A stretch of DNA of 61,137 nucleotides, counting the filler. It is 10 parts of 10 records of this genome, joined end to end, with 100 filler letters (N's around TTAATTAATTAA, not from the genome) between each part and the next. Parts side by side here need not be neighbours in the genome. Positions count along the whole stretch, not along the records: positions 55,055 to 61,137 come from SRR31147125_57656; 9 more parts are not named here. One strand, written 5' to 3'. The position numbers were made by a program, and so were the translations under genes. The notes beneath the pieces were generated by a model that saw nothing but the letters and a program-made list of their open reading frames with translations, had not been told where the DNA came from and did not search any database. The stretch's first letter is position 1; each line of letters begins with the position of its first letter. This document shows positions 59,860 to 61,137 of the stretch, piece after piece.

Positions 59860-60738
59860 CTAATTGGTAAGTACTACCAAATATTTCGAAGCCTTCCAAA
59901 ATTCTGCTTTGTTTTCAATAAAAAGAGAATCGGCCATTTTTTCTCCGGAAATGTAAAACGATTCCACCGGATGAACTGAAATAACCTGTGCCTTTCTTAC
60001 TTGTAAAGGCAAAAAGTTTAACGAGCGAATATCTACTTCGGTAAATGCTTCTTTATTAAAATCTTCTTTAATTTTTGGTGTTCGCCCAATTCCCAGCAAA
60101 CCTCCACTACGGGCAATTACTCCATTTTCTTTTAATTCTTTAGCACTTCCTATTACATAAAAGGCAGTATTTAGTTGTAGTTTTTGTTTTTCTATGGTGT
60201 TAGTTTTTTCCAAACTTTCCGATTCAATAACTGTAATTTTTTCATTCAGTTTGTCGATATTCCGGGTTAAATCTTTTACCTTTTTCGAGAGCGAAACGAT
60301 CTCGGTATCCTTTTCATGAACTTGCTTTTCCAGATTGTCTACCAGGTTATCAAACTCTGTAACCATGGCATTCAAATTTCCAATTTTATAATTGCGATTA
60401 TTTAGATTCTTCTGCAATGCAGTTATTTGCTCTTTATTTTTTTGAATCAAAGTATTCAACAGAGCAATGTCATTTAAAATCCTTTTCTTCTGCCTTCTAT
60501 TCATTTCACGCCCGCGGGCAGATTGAAGAGTAACCAGTTTCTCCACTTGCTTTATCGAATCCAAAGTCATCATTATTTCGTTGAAATCGGCAAGAAATTC
60601 AACTATTGAAGAATCTTTAATCGCTGTTTCCTCGCTTATACTATCGCGTTCTATTAAAAGGCGTTGCGCATCCTTTTTATAGTTGTGGCATGATGTAAAT
60701 ATGAATATTGCCAGCAAAAAAAATGTTAAGTATTTCAT
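59860..60738 (-). CDS. Conserved Bacteroidota coiled-coil lipoprotein
   Basis: Lipobox FTSC; long coiled coil; LNT.FY..G..KELK..G, F...D.R, S.HP..S, FW..SKYLV. Confidence 0.75.
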   Translation of the reverse strand: MKYLTFFLLAIFIFTSCHNYKKDAQRLLIERDSISEETAIKDSSIVEFLADFNEIMMTLDSIKQVEKLVTLQSARGREMNRRQKKRILNDIALLNTLIQKNKEQITALQKNLNNRNYKIGNLNAMVTEFDNLVDNLEKQVHEKDTEIVSLSKKVKDLTRNIDKLNEKITVIESESLEKTNTIEKQKLQLNTAFYVIGSAKELKENGVIARSGGLLGIGRTPKIKEDFNKEAFTEVDIRSLNFLPLQVRKAQVISVHPVESFYISGEKMADSLFIENKAEFWKASKYLVVLTN

Positions 60739-60857
60739 AGCAAAAGCTTTAGCATTTATATAAAGTTACAACACATGGAGCAGAAACACCTTATCATTTA
60801 GAAAAAATCAATCCGACTAAATATACCAATATTGCCACTTTAAATTTCCGCCAAACG

Positions 60858-60890
60858 AAAAAAGCCTTCCCGAAAAATCGGAAAGGCTTT
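60858..60890 (-). terminator. Intrinsic terminator after the PPi-PFK gene
   Basis: aaagcctt.ccga / tcgg.aaggcttt with a U-run on the minus strand. Confidence 0.75.
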
Positions 60891-60914
60891 CAAATATTAT
60901 TAAATAAGAGTAGC

Positions 60915-61137
60915 TTATTTAGCCTGCTCTAATTTTAAAGTCTCAGTAGTTACGTCGCAAACTTCGGTTGGTCCCCAATACTGAATTGGACCAGGATAAA
61001 TAAATTCAGTTCCTGTTGCCCACTCACCACGTTTCGATACGAAGTATTTGTAAGGAGCACCATCAAGCTCAACCAAAGCTTTTTGGATAACTGGTTTCAT
61101 GTGTCCGTGACGTTTTTCCATGTTCATCATCATAGTT
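60915..61137 (-). CDS. pfp: Pyrophosphate-dependent phosphofructokinase C-terminus (5' beyond the window)
   Basis: MMNME.RHG..KPVI.KALV.LDG.P, YPGPIQY.GP..VCD..T.TL.LE. Confidence 0.88.
   Translation of the reverse strand, partial: TMMMNMEKRHGHMKPVIQKALVELDGAPYKYFVSKRGEWATGTEFIYPGPIQYWGPTEVCDVTTETLKLEQAK

Overview
This window is not one genome. It is ten unrelated metagenomic contigs joined by 100-bp artificial spacers (N44-TTAATTAATTAA-N44). The contigs are: (1) 1-5127, a Bacteroidota susC/susD pair; (2) 5228-10699, a Bacillota YesM/YesN-type two-component system plus a partial MATE; (3) 10800-16125, a phage-like contig (primase, gpZ-like, TerS-like) with a dif-like Xer site and a candidate structured RNA; (4) 16226-23851, a Bacillota sortase-anchored adhesin, VTC-DUF4956-DUF4353 operon, YibE/F and a Fur/Zur regulator; (5) 23952-29498, a Desulfuromonadia-like ribF-pilB-pilT-pilC-pilS cluster; (6) 29599-36770, a Bacillota-like MFS, flavin oxidoreductase, ArsR, MATE, AraC and feoAB; (7) 36871-42095, Planctomycetota-like prfA, rpmE, yajC and secDF; (8) 42196-48278, a Desulfobacterota-like chemoreceptor fragment, YfbK, mddA, DUF1186 and IHF; (9) 48379-54954, an intron-dense microbial eukaryote (TLS1/C9orf78, CCT6, pyridoxal kinase, VWA protein); (10) 55055-61137, a Bacteroidota purC end, TlpA, S8 protease, DUF3795, beta-propeller and PPi-PFK end. 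Many genes are split by small deletions, nearly all one base in a homopolymer, which are best read as sequencing errors. The best novelty leads are the dif-like site and cloverleaf RNA in the phage contig, a roughly 180-nt structured element between rpmE and prfA, the unknown eukaryote, and a double-sensor histidine kinase. All family and taxon calls come from motif recognition by eye, not database searches.
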